A DNA stretch of 63,960 bases, the filler included, from Barthelona sp. PAP020 (Eukaryota): NCBI GenBank assembly GCA_040182905.1. It is 3 parts of 3 records of this genome, joined end to end, with 100 filler letters (N's around TTAATTAATTAA, not from the genome) between each part and the next. Parts side by side here need not be neighbours in the genome. Positions count along the whole stretch, not along the records: positions 22,556 to 44,836 come from JARQWU010000176.1; positions 44,937 to 63,960 come from JARQWU010000214.1; 1 more part is not named here. One strand, written 5' to 3'. The notes under the pieces were generated by a model. The model did not search any database. It saw only the letters and a list, made by a program, of their open reading frames with translations, and was not told the origin of the DNA. Positions 43,901 to 48,395 of this stretch are shown here, in pieces. The translations under genes were made by a program, and so were the position numbers. How positions within the stretch are numbered: position 1 is the stretch's first letter; every line of letters starts with the position of its first letter.

Positions 43901-44343
43901 GCAGTGATTTTGCTGAAGACATTGAATTGGCATATACTGTTGCTGAAAGTATGAATTGGACTGCCGATATGTGTTTTATGGTTGGAATTGCTGATGCCCC
44001 TGGACACAGCAATTATTTTAGCGATGCTAAAAAGTTTAATTATGGAATTTCCTGGGATAAAATGTCCTATCAAAAACTTCCGGAAAATCAACAGAAAGTT
44101 CCATACAACAAAGATAATTTGGATGATGTTGTGGAACGCAAACCCTTTATTGATGTTTTGAAGATTCTTCAATCAAAAAAAATTCAACTGTTATTGATGA
44201 ATTATGGGCATTTTACGGAAGAATTGTATAATCAAATTGAAAGTGATTATAATGGTGGATTAAAATTAGGAAAATTGCATGGTGGAGATACAATCATCAG
44301 TGAGGTCACAGATTTTATTTTGGCTTCTTGTATGAATATTTAG
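25996..44343 (+). CDS. Giant 6115-aa midasin-related protein: six AAA+ modules, long linker, multiple vWA domains and a GATase-like domain
   Basis: Walker A motifs at 26908 (GVSSCGKS), 28330 (GDVGCGKS), 29491 (GPPGIGKT), 30490 (degenerate GPKCFQRD), 31756 (GIPGIGKT) and 32731 (GPLASGKT). MoxR/midasin-type motifs HPNFRLFATMNP, HPNFAVIATQNP and VFATMNP. C-terminal vWA VLFCVDTTYSM...GGSDFAED...IADAPGH. Confidence 0.9.
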   Translation: MFLFKLKVLKGDFDPTIVISDEKRLIAHFKDNDAKTYNSSEAKEITIEVSRGILFTYYIFYVELPKGGVYQINFSWNDNIYISNDNSSSLLTNNYIQELRNVEYNDQFQIKKIYEFSQKFWVENLKIPNKLTQALTNDTITIKFYDNREFSHKNEDECAMELQVQDSEGTKYFQFHFLTDCNSDKLSFSLKCGNENLTWESPQAKAKKSIRSTYDISGLRFSPIVGNERYYHLERESTNTPQFDEEKLKNMSKKWSLSTCKISVDDIIEGISKKSNSFVFTETVKKNFKLLINFILSGEHILLEGVSSCGKSRQITEISDYFFNDLFETQLKGCKLIRYTLNNTVSSEDLMSKIEVKHGIWKHNLGVFAECFKKGYWLVLDEFNLAKNEVLQTIQTAIDTKSLNFPSFSKNYSSEEITMHPNFRLFATMNPSTGDYDGMRTVLTQDILSRFQRFQFRAFSIDLTDERKESKIDEIEDFIRGLIELKCRVGQPLEEISNNISGKRNLRLLIYNIHKKAILLFTDQTFTIRQILAVFGTFTNMLQDNSEYYDFVDHILLVYGFSSLKDDGKFNEFKTFVEEKWNTFQNHESSFVKKLEIDSRPKTIRQRQITQFLSDKIELPENDDIKRVNFLINEFLLKINSLLFFEEEFIQDTIISFPSPPLIIQNNTKETIISSEEIFDALINRMEVYCNNFSILRHISSKIFSGISKELKKKEKGIFLMESLRNNCYFSLRGTVENNPDFKHVLYSNSFKFGSYNVRDMIKHSLFANSLGFHVCFTGDVGCGKSTLMRLTSIAMGQPLNTLMLFADSNRDLILGSQDISSGKDGNLTVEFVKSILLKALEEKKIILVENINEPDSTVTELLNAFLEQNTKYTDAIWQLPDLLDKELVIKDSKFFCTSRLNKYGKIDLSIAFQNRLCVFFLPNKHIRRDRLQKETFDCIIPMLKLFPQVDRFHTALAFGIRLVLMSKPENFAYTHEIFKFIDLFTLLCSKGINTDLYSITKQTALLCNPEIAKQNENNKHLSILEILKVFSPFIKVLAEVETDGYPTDFEINAAFKRFEWEKPVYKLEDDLKDHMLVPLEQFDSIREPVFKYVNETERTKKIIFKAKDSLSFENDLNLTGNFGIYEECFESKEKFIVDKSVESQYVSLENICQCLQLKIPILLNGPPGIGKTAMCIHIAKTRRVEESSKDFRLIHFSNDTTISSIYGEKTFAKDQSSTRFKDGPLTEAIRNGYLIIFDEFNLAPSFVLASLGLIMNSNIGYVINPISNEVIPIHPNFAVIATQNPKGFKGRKELPNEIIGMLTQIQMHDLTFEEIEKIMIQRHDGGGIEEESLSIILKWCELFWPSKMRDDLIRSNLLKKITIRDIIKLCDRYLNFPNCDINIIVIEYILGLCSSKETLESFLETKPKLNGINNLKTEWFEIALKFLSCKFEARWDGLTLEIFGDERTSSLIELKMQKYFEVENLTQNALKMLRYLMLAAANFSKNPNKNPESLLFVGPKCFQRDLIVKFNEAYFNNQITFSELTPETTASQLLGSQTIKNIEGNDLLNYSNQLLGDFHESLCNFLNREEKMDLLRNGKVEFDGKNSFVTEDKLLEHYERIFEFSNFKYKKWFYRLKNSFENLLQYFSSLTSISKRNESSKSKTNFIFTFLNGVVSNAVINGDGCIMNNIDKAPTNSVERLNSLLDVDRSFKIDDSESRCNKVPEICMFYCTINQSSSNPVLKLSDPLLSRLTTVLFEGYERDDLIDGVINFSHPSLNIDEQETLRRCFKNICANFSYVPTFNELLHIVRRARAFVNIEDFEIRLYISFMLTCSDLFKTFEDFLKYFSDKSVGGPDCKKAFDSLILYMKEDDPKQNYIVTEKSIISGDITNKIYWEVNYPHNALEVSIKEEQLEPLNFTKNLFMYTLISLQTHSPLLLEGIPGIGKTAIVKHLADKMNCTLIRINLNSSNTFDEIFGKLEKAQGDTTDFQFKPGVILQVLEGYKVDGADFSKVWVLFDEINLAPSELLEELIQFIDLCAKGTGTYTPPVCGAPQMDIKAFVPVFATMNPSTLTSNRTRISDDVLEHFICVKLPNISYSDMDRLCDKRWSILDHWIKQCKIIHKEACKLVEENNLRTNIGIREILKLQSIIEAVPSNIGLAKYSLLIASCLNVVYGASFDEPSFRFRIMSKIKKVIEKKGNLTFLNDISHDENHCCINNIPLPMGDEPYSQVLKDNLNLVEHSIFKLNLANIMAAYQSKRAILLKGPLASGKTSLVQYFSQITRRKLLIINVDEETSASTIVGSYFPALQLVYNEKLHDLKYCLSILKEFDQKMPIDDSRYKSFKDKFPNFFSIDKFNCFCELFNGKNGKTFNLNMQSMMKQMQKIIEKHQPNNKKIMNAVETLGILLIEIGNYMDSFTFVLSDIIFALRNGWNILIDNVSAGSVDLLERFNSLLEDIPELIVFERCPRLEMKTKKLSSNLEKDLEEVKAKNKNLVNSIDQSPNEKEQTDFYIHPHSRIFFTVCDNKQARKSLPPPFLSRVVTVPIIGIDDDIDITTTNNNDETFKQCIFEILMARRNSESKSETNLITKFFTYFSIVFVRLHRLVTGGHSNTKNHILAFATSYVGDSQPTLRDLMRLLDDITIESILEKYGASDKKNLLKEIKKHLKNSILRRYGAFIKFEHLELFKESIDDIINATFKEKVKLRRIANCFDSLNDIMSDFLKKKDFDTEDKYVDSISEFAHSFRSSFMELSLSDVLNESRKSKEKQDSSVKNSSYDKLTFSSVVTAKNQFEDSIKLVEANSNDFMNNFDRFKLSLIDKKLKYIMIEWISANIEFMVNSIEEAYKTRAKKKNDGFSHKFSSFINEETNDKVESISWTSESMVRNIKKCCNILLLLPNIYQKVLKDFVENLPKNVGFHDFKKNIENLDMSLVCINRYLKFMKYEIPLTQDMKEELTSISGKKEWSQTFKKSSTPFSQLNVRKSSMNVNSFLSTKKPGSIFSKDTKTEKKITKKRETLNVTSLKLSGKILVENLKALFDFGYITVQYIRKKLEEVGLSFKDIFEKNFLKTNQYQSTKNANFSELKEKVTSLKTVDNLQNFVFCLLLKTSTDRNQSNISSKTFETGPQNYVKQFKSSFDNKRGFSEEILFYLLPYLCSSFNNGFTELIDVLNNLKKIEDKSGKDHEDLCSRLRSILDDPVDFNIIFSNTMFDNLKFGERTFKEKLIDDLTQRKAMVILNEDDLTNDEMTKQCQQIEDLVNQAYAIDINNQTLGDILLIYDKFTQLKESRKLKRSYLREIENNIREKLEKGKLKILSTFAEQIDPTVKHADKIFLNEFKYILEYYVILHLGFRSELSDKRRMLVIGFLSSILQYSPKFLSDSSKKTLTQIKNELLKSDFKKYRILAEISKESELIILGCDWRILNDFFAKKITNSTDNRNNEQKDELLKFAHSVEFVFYNIYSETKDFFSDFSMCPPFLTHYYSQIKANKIMVGADLKDEKKYFDKFKEKFEQIFQFEQYNLLNKKIGGEIDVSTRSGQILNLLKVESSLNVNSNNIGNGLNIEHIDKLSTSNVNTILKKLKINEALDLFIKDYETSYNYLQRSHQQIKEYQSFEPPKFHSLIELIFKIIVPKTPINPDFWERIKVLSAKNDFKVLAREFHILVTNNVTKHHELLTNSYFNNTKITFGKSYTHLLFAQSICFFDEWLTNFIEEIVAFDCNYSDLTIIQNIIEYISMFKEWLDKKIKKDHSIERQKRVSGYANLCEKMNKLREIIINAKMFKNVISKNEELIKNKDNEMKLQLDNQIERLKEKICESGKELKTEICKSADNQMALCEDKEKEYLLSNNESLAIIFKHICENYSNGIHVEFVKTDFLDNIFRLVKLMFKEEYLNSIYKDDIIGVLLKSQTDENHDIFCYKYFSVKNNCSQMLTIDGMIIEVIIEDNRIKSISESIDDFIPVHSWRKHFSKNNIERDILKISNLYQKVEPFENKLKKLILHELNDDFNFKSCERFANSIKKNASGDWKMRASKLEDYLKDLKRKIDELNELNSKKNQQVDMIKAVLDKFSENKSTAHKNLNYGALLTKTDTSIQDFNTIVVQQNWLGNVENKRKYCFNGGKYITTMINDQMSTGEKCLDININIFNLTNGEFEVIQSGNEKKFKIEKQNHPTTIPIRVSFSCESINDHKLVQCYTEIRLLSRSTEFARCFIEFSFDLCSPKVEVIGKFYNSTNSKSNSQTERDALPQNCTFILKNHQPAKQLVNIFTNKASNMNISSFTMNGDEMYDIQVNSDLATKLFIHVGSDNAIVIPLIPKNDSLMYFTYGLNDVLGETELFPDNANNSHVLSSDTIGILAFNISADIIPVTKDIDVKPNCIQFFPFGENNKLYLCEKEFCLDRKKITLTFQIQHDIENIVVLIDGLGSKKNYRIELLTVADSNNDKIHFYCDEEGNCTCLFDTALSLYEFQNKNILVSIIDENDNSSLLIADCQLEYKDEMNSKTYNDSIPNENEKNKSLWTCDYYNVDIVLLNKGNFSFSKPEFENNSLLNIFCSDKYVPHVKLEINDIEVAFDTITLIEEDELINITFDESVDYLSLVDEKDYCMKISFMNLSEEICGKLSIYLPITKQDTKAFYDDTHLDSDEHIGSKWKNQTIRFESLNPCKSTFESLYINVDSDNHSDFIKEKFGMIGKIYLNGDIWSKKFENEEDDADRHRLWSNNHNNLVEKQDSIKEKLFDTMKHLKEVNVQILFSEYVANFLELFLIYINMKTDDFDKDIFSKFTQILKVFIDILGEAPKSRKKSLKTANERHNSIEESVRKFVSPVWELLEPILSCFCENDEMAAIIRFLQDFHFVINVNSRLCASYLHYSVNIKQDYFMPSIKEEYEQVIIFELDENNIEDNGSSKSVSKKEKKSKENDSEENKTRNKNSKILLDNNAIHTEEHLVFNLMLQPESQDNFMTANLQEGSDWQKLPHHSFDKYFDYLAICRYLIAKEQQFISMVKPITVVLQVSRSIFLKFDRSIKIMIESILLMNVMGFPLNIVVCGGQNCQMIVKTWKDPLEPRHLAAICSLVQYLSDYHSDESSQRIMDFAQAISFVIREEKRLNSCGIVYIGDGLVLHHDLVDTLFHKNTPRLPVFVLQIKTNDESLVDRILNLLKNDNNGNVNEQKNVNEVYVIKSEAWSNVFKAICDFKKDLTEEMFEDKIYLKIVKSQNNSNLWISKGDTKPLWNTTDLKFIYQLVDNIDLKNDNQEKTKFCDTKNDEIRNLLEQSHPPINHVAKETICSIENSLSDVIVKTSNGISKTIIIPNKPTKYIASTTGNKLFIPGLIKYIATKGNYNMIFARLAGGLKASYSITLCIDATSQSCVSLLKVALILVNSFEAEGINDISIVVSNSNEIRLVKTFDQPIKTTYLDLLTSLRPNGCLPCGQLINTSIELIEKAPTNNKGSILLCLTDGIRLPNFKSWIELEKRLIRSNIDFYALSYQFAMIPKHFNNKTIYCNEIMKIDQCIGNFDISTVDQKMVYLHKPEEMTCIDKKEIVGDYDKKHFENESADNEKEETWIEKMSKKIKATHPLTILESAFEYSKYKDIEYVDQDDINANGQHLMSRQTNIIKNPEGFRLVKDEALKGTKILILYLFQARKDQKKYVDIDIFKKNCGQELKTLGIDYEIVHDFEKAVECLENKHNFSQIWIICTSGPFHENSNSEAYNWRTPFIRDVLIPFWKAGGGVLISADNDPIFAEAKVWFRFWDITKNIKLELAGDYNGTRTLTRLDHEPSSDESGFYRPDPKDRDKHLWSDVVILGNGLQSLYEGNTICHIEADEQDLKNAGIEIFMRDSQKKISIISWKEESNDDTRGRFVFDSGFTKMFLEFKTPGVHQYVHNTIIWLNKTDIIEKQPINFEIDFKKPDIGPDPEFNVGVRNIQVLFCVDTTYSMNMWITEVKEKVDDLVSKLQSELNCQVEVGFIGYKDFDTPIIDFIDFTDDVRFFKSKFANICAKGGSDFAEDIELAYTVAESMNWTADMCFMVGIADAPGHSNYFSDAKKFNYGISWDKMSYQKLPENQQKVPYNKDNLDDVVERKPFIDVLKILQSKKIQLLLMNYGHFTEELYNQIESDYNGGLKLGKLHGGDTIISEVTDFILASCMNI

Positions 44344-44685
44344 TGGATTGAATATATGCTTGTTATGTTGTGGAGAAAAATTTAATGGTATTCAAAATTA
44401 TTTGTTGTTCAGAAGCAGTGTTGCCCTTTATCAATTTATTTAATCAGCCATAAAATTTAACTATTGTTTGTTTTTAAATATTTTACTCTCGTAAGTAAGC
44501 CAAAAGAAATCTTAGTCAACAAAGAGTTTGAAATCAACTCAGGTTTTGAAAAGTTAACAATGCAATTATTTCAAGTGTTGTAGAAATAGATTCCACACAA
44601 GATGTGTGTTAAAACATTTTTGGCCAACAACCACTTTAGAATTACTACTAATTTTACCTATTTACAAAACAAATGCTACACATTG

Positions 44686-44836
44686 TTACTTTGTTGCCTG
44701 TAGCAGGGCCCAGAACTCTGCGAGAAGTCGAGCCAGTCTGTACCTGATGCGAGGCCAGAGCGTGTGCTTGACGTATGGAGAGACTCTTTGCAGACACTTG
44801 TTGAAGAAAGTAGAGACTGTACTTGAGAAAAGACCA
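44686..44836 (-). mobile_element. GC-rich ORF 3' end at the contig edge, possibly the terminus of a retroelement
   Basis: Abrupt shift to roughly even base composition. An open frame GLFSSTVSTFFNKCLQRVSPYVKHTLWPRIRYRLARLLAEFWALLQATK* uses C/G-ending codons unlike the host genes, and the assembly breaks here. Confidence 0.3.
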
Positions 44837-44936
44837 NNNNNNNNNNNNNNNNNNNNNNNNNNNNNNNNNNNNNNNNNNNNTTAATTAATTAANNNNNNNN
44901 NNNNNNNNNNNNNNNNNNNNNNNNNNNNNNNNNNNN
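44837..44936. other. Artificial contig-joining spacer
   Basis: 44 N + TTAATTAATTAA + 44 N. Confidence 0.97.
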
Positions 44937-45173
44937 CAAAGTACCTCTGTTGGAAGCCATAATAACACGACTCCAATAATAAGGATCTGAAGATTTTGTA
45001 GATGTAATTCCATAAAGAGGAAGTTGAGAACACACTAAGAAAATTAACAAAGATACACCAGTCCAAAACAATTTTGTACGATAACCAATTTTCTTATTTG
45101 GAGCCGGAGCTTCAATCTCAGGAACTAAAACCATGAAAGGTTTTAAGAGATTTAACAAACTAAAACCGGGCAT
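44937..45173 (-). CDS. SEC61A: Sec61 alpha subunit, N-terminal fragment (truncated by the contig break)
   Basis: LLKPFMVLVPEI...KLFWTGVSLLIFLVCSQLPLYGI...DPYYWSRVIMASNRGTL is the canonical Sec61-alpha N-terminus. Confidence 0.95.
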
Positions 45174-45459
45174 TTAACTTGAACAATAAAAAAAAAAGTT
45201 AATTATTTCCCATCCAATCAACTTTTGACTTTTTTTCAATTTGATTTGCTTTTTATGTATCATTTACAAATAAAAAATTAAATTGAAGTAAATATCATTT
45301 CAACAAAAGGAAAAATATAAACGAAATATTTTAAAATCGTTTTGTTGTTTAAAAAAAAAAGACCAGTGTGTTATTTTGAATTTTTTAAAAAAATTAAAAA
45401 GAAAGTATTGACATCTTTATATTCAAAGAAGATAAAAAAATATATATTTCCTATTTTTT

Positions 45460-46635
45460 TCATTTTTCAATAGGAGGACCAAAAAATTGCCAAACATTAC
45501 CAAATAACACTGCAAGTTGACTTCCTGTAAAAGATCCTGCTTGATTAAATAAAGAGAGTTGACCTGTAATTTTTGTTTTCAAAAAGGGGTCATCAAATCT
45601 ATCTCTTGTATTCATATACAAAGCTGTATCACCAAATGCTTGAGCTGAAGAAAAGAAAAATCCAGCAAAATATGGAATTATTGATAGACTTCCATCAAGA
45701 ATTGTATGAGAACGATGTAGAGTACATAAAAATAACGTACCAACCCACATAGATACTGTAGAAACACAAATAGAAAGCATAACAGGTAATTTTAATGTGA
45801 CTAACGTTGGGAATAAACGACTAATGCAATTAAACACCATAACAATTAAATTCGTTGTTGTACTTACATCTTCATGTTCTAAAAATAGACTAGAGATAAA
45901 TGTGATCTCTCCTGGATAATAATAGTAGTATACAAGATTCAAAAAGAACATAATGTAGGATTCAGGAATTGTGAAGGCCAGAAACCATAAAGGTTTGTTT
46001 GATACATCTTCATTCAAAGGTTCATCTGTTGTACTTGTTTCATTCTCCAATAATGCCACCTCTTTTGTCAAATCTCTTGCAGGTGGCAAAAAATAGATTG
46101 AAAAAATACCTCCAACGCTAAGAAACATATTAAAAATTATGACAAAAGGAATTTTGTTGTCCATATCCTTCACCATTTTACATAATAGTGCAATAATAAC
46201 ACCCGATAATGACATACCAAAGCCCATGAAAGCAGTATGAGGTTTATCAAACTGTGCTAAATATTGGTAAATAGGTACCATAGTAGTTGTCGCACAAAAT
46301 CCATTAAAAATGGCAAGAAGTGCCACACCAACACTTACATTATTTATAACAATATCCCAACTAAAATACATGATAAAACTCGTGAAAAAATTACATACAG
46401 ATAATACAAGGCATGCTTTTTTAGGATCTAACATAAATTTACCATCCAAAAATAAATAAATAAGTATTCCCAAGTTACCCCAATTATATAAACTTCCAAC
46501 AAAATTTCCTATCGCTTCTTTTTCAGGTAAAATGGTTGAAAAGAAATTTCCTAAATTGAATAATGAATTGATGGTAGTGAAAATTGAAACTCCAAACAGT
46601 AATAACAATAATTGTTCTTTTTTCCTTTGATTCAT
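45460..46635 (-). CDS. Multi-pass transporter, SLC52 (riboflavin transporter)-like
   Basis: About 11 TM segments. LFGVSIFTTINSLF...LPE...WGNLG, CATTTMVPIY...GMSLSG and the C-terminal QAGSFTG...FGNVWQFF resemble SLC52 motifs from memory. ENT or CLN3-like identity is not excluded. Confidence 0.6.
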   Translation of the reverse strand: MNQRKKEQLLLLLFGVSIFTTINSLFNLGNFFSTILPEKEAIGNFVGSLYNWGNLGILIYLFLDGKFMLDPKKACLVLSVCNFFTSFIMYFSWDIVINNVSVGVALLAIFNGFCATTTMVPIYQYLAQFDKPHTAFMGFGMSLSGVIIALLCKMVKDMDNKIPFVIIFNMFLSVGGIFSIYFLPPARDLTKEVALLENETSTTDEPLNEDVSNKPLWFLAFTIPESYIMFFLNLVYYYYYPGEITFISSLFLEHEDVSTTTNLIVMVFNCISRLFPTLVTLKLPVMLSICVSTVSMWVGTLFLCTLHRSHTILDGSLSIIPYFAGFFFSSAQAFGDTALYMNTRDRFDDPFLKTKITGQLSLFNQAGSFTGSQLAVLFGNVWQFFGPPIEK

Positions 46636-46768
46636 AAAATAATATCAGTAAAATATCAAAAAGAAACAACAATTTGTTAAAAAAAAATAAAAATTGAAAA
46701 TTCATTGTCACGTATTAAAAACAAAGAAAAAAACTATTTAAATAACATTTATACAAATTAATATCAAA

Positions 46769-47854
46769 TCAATCAAATTTTAATGTCTTTTTCATAATAG
46801 TTTGAGAAAAAGAATCCCAATTTTCATTTCCGGCCAAAAACTGTTTTGTAACCTGAGAAAAATTACTTGAAACACTTCCCTCTGAAAACCCACCCCAAGT
46901 ACCTGTTGTATTGATAGATTTTTTGGACAGAGGTGTGGTTAAAGAAATATTTGTCAAAGATTCCTCAAATTTCAAATTATCATCATGAATGCTCTCAAAT
47001 TCTCCTCTTAAAGGAGTTTTAATGGTTATTTGCTCGGTTTTGTGATCATCAATTAAAGGCTTTATACGTTGAATTTTGTTGTTCTTTTCATTTTTCAATG
47101 ACTTCAAAGGAGAAGAATTTTCAATTAAAGGACTAATTATTTCATAGTTGTTATCCTTTTCTTCAAAAATTTTTTCTCTTTCACCAAAACTACTCAAATC
47201 AAAAATATGAACAAACCCTTCTTTTAAAGTAAATTCAATGCGTCTTAAAAGAATGTTCTTCATGTATCTACCATAACCTTTTCTTGAAGAAAAAGGAATT
47301 TTCCAAAGAGAAGCTTTCAATGCAATATTAACTCTTCGTAATTTTTCACAAAAAAGATGAACCTCAAAATGTGTTTTTTTTTTTGTAATTTTCATTTTGA
47401 TTTTAGCCTCAAAAGAAAGAAACGTCAAGTTAACTTTCATCGGAATTCCTTTTAAAGAGCAGTTTAAATCAATATCAACAGGAATTGATACTGCTGTATC
47501 ACATCTAAGATTAAAAAATTCCCTTTTTTGATCTAAAAATTGTAAATTATCAAATTTTATCAAAGGTTTGGATACATTAAATTTATTTACATTTGATTTA
47601 AATGATTTTTCATCAATATTTAACAATTTCTTCATCCTTTTGCTGGGATTCTCAACAAATTTATCAAAATCATGTAAAACAAAACTTATAAGTTCATTAA
47701 CCCATTCACAACTCTGGTAAACAAAGTCAGTTTCAAGTTCAATATCTCTTTCTGTTTCATTATTTGAATCAAAAGTTTCCTCTTTGTCTAATGTTTGTAA
47801 TACAACTAAAAAAAATAATAACGAAATAAAACAACCAAAAAAAAATCCAAACAT
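46769..47854 (-). CDS. N-anchored SMP/TULIP lipid-transfer domain protein (Mmm1/E-Syt/Nvj2-like)
   Basis: N-terminal TM helix (MFGFFFGCFISLLFFLVVL), then QSCEWVNELI (the SMP-entry E-x-E-W-x-N pattern), a beta-rich body and a disordered Ser-rich tail. Confidence 0.6.
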   Translation of the reverse strand: MFGFFFGCFISLLFFLVVLQTLDKEETFDSNNETERDIELETDFVYQSCEWVNELISFVLHDFDKFVENPSKRMKKLLNIDEKSFKSNVNKFNVSKPLIKFDNLQFLDQKREFFNLRCDTAVSIPVDIDLNCSLKGIPMKVNLTFLSFEAKIKMKITKKKTHFEVHLFCEKLRRVNIALKASLWKIPFSSRKGYGRYMKNILLRRIEFTLKEGFVHIFDLSSFGEREKIFEEKDNNYEIISPLIENSSPLKSLKNEKNNKIQRIKPLIDDHKTEQITIKTPLRGEFESIHDDNLKFEESLTNISLTTPLSKKSINTTGTWGGFSEGSVSSNFSQVTKQFLAGNENWDSFSQTIMKKTLKFD

Positions 47855-47962
47855 CACAAATACATGATTCAAAAAAAAAAAAAAAAACAACGTGCTAAAA
47901 TTATAATTTTTACAAAATAAACTCAATGGCTTCAATAAACACAAATCAAACACTATAAATAT

Positions 47963-48325
47963 TCACACATTTGTCAGATAACGAATGATTCCACCAATAT
48001 TCTTTTTTGCAAAAAGTACTTTGTGCATCTTTAACATTGGCCATGGAGAATAGTCTCTATACTCAACATACTTTAAAAGCTCATATGTGTATTTCATCAA
48101 AGCATCTGTGGATTGTGTTTCTGTTAAACCATCAACAAAAGCAACCATTTCATCTTCTTTCATCTTTGAAAATCCGTTTTTATATATTGCATCCAAAAAA
48201 TTATACAAGTTTTCATCTTCAAGTTCAGAATATAAAGAAATACCTTCAACACATGCAAATGATAAACATTCGAAAGAATCCTTTTTAGAATTTAGTATTT
48301 TTAATTCATTTTCAATGTCTGTCAT
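47963..48325 (-). CDS. ARPC5: Arp2/3 complex subunit 5 (p16), divergent
   Basis: 120 aa. DALMKYTY...MLKMHKVLF...IGGIIRYLT matches the ARPC5 C-terminal pattern. Confidence 0.75.
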   Translation of the reverse strand: MTDIENELKILNSKKDSFECLSFACVEGISLYSELEDENLYNFLDAIYKNGFSKMKEDEMVAFVDGLTETQSTDALMKYTYELLKYVEYRDYSPWPMLKMHKVLFAKKNIGGIIRYLTNV

Positions 48326-48395
48326 ATGAAATATGAAATTATTTGATGAAACAAAAGGAAAAAGAAAAAAAATTTAACATCTTTGTTATCTGTTT
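48326..48395. promoter_or_regulatory. 70-bp divergent intergenic region (ARPC5 / PES1), putative bidirectional promoter
   Basis: Head-to-head start codons 70 bp apart with an A-rich spacer. Confidence 0.5.

Noticed and set aside
25996..44343. Calling the giant ORF canonical midasin (MDN1), dynein heavy chain or RNF213
   Set aside because: It has no long D/E-rich tether and has extra domains after the midasin-like vWA. It has no dynein tail or stalk motifs and no recognisable RING/RZ finger. The gene symbol was left empty.
44606..44884. Plus-strand 92-aa ORF running into the gap
   Set aside because: It has a non-ATG start and ends in the linker. The minus-strand frame fits the codon bias better.
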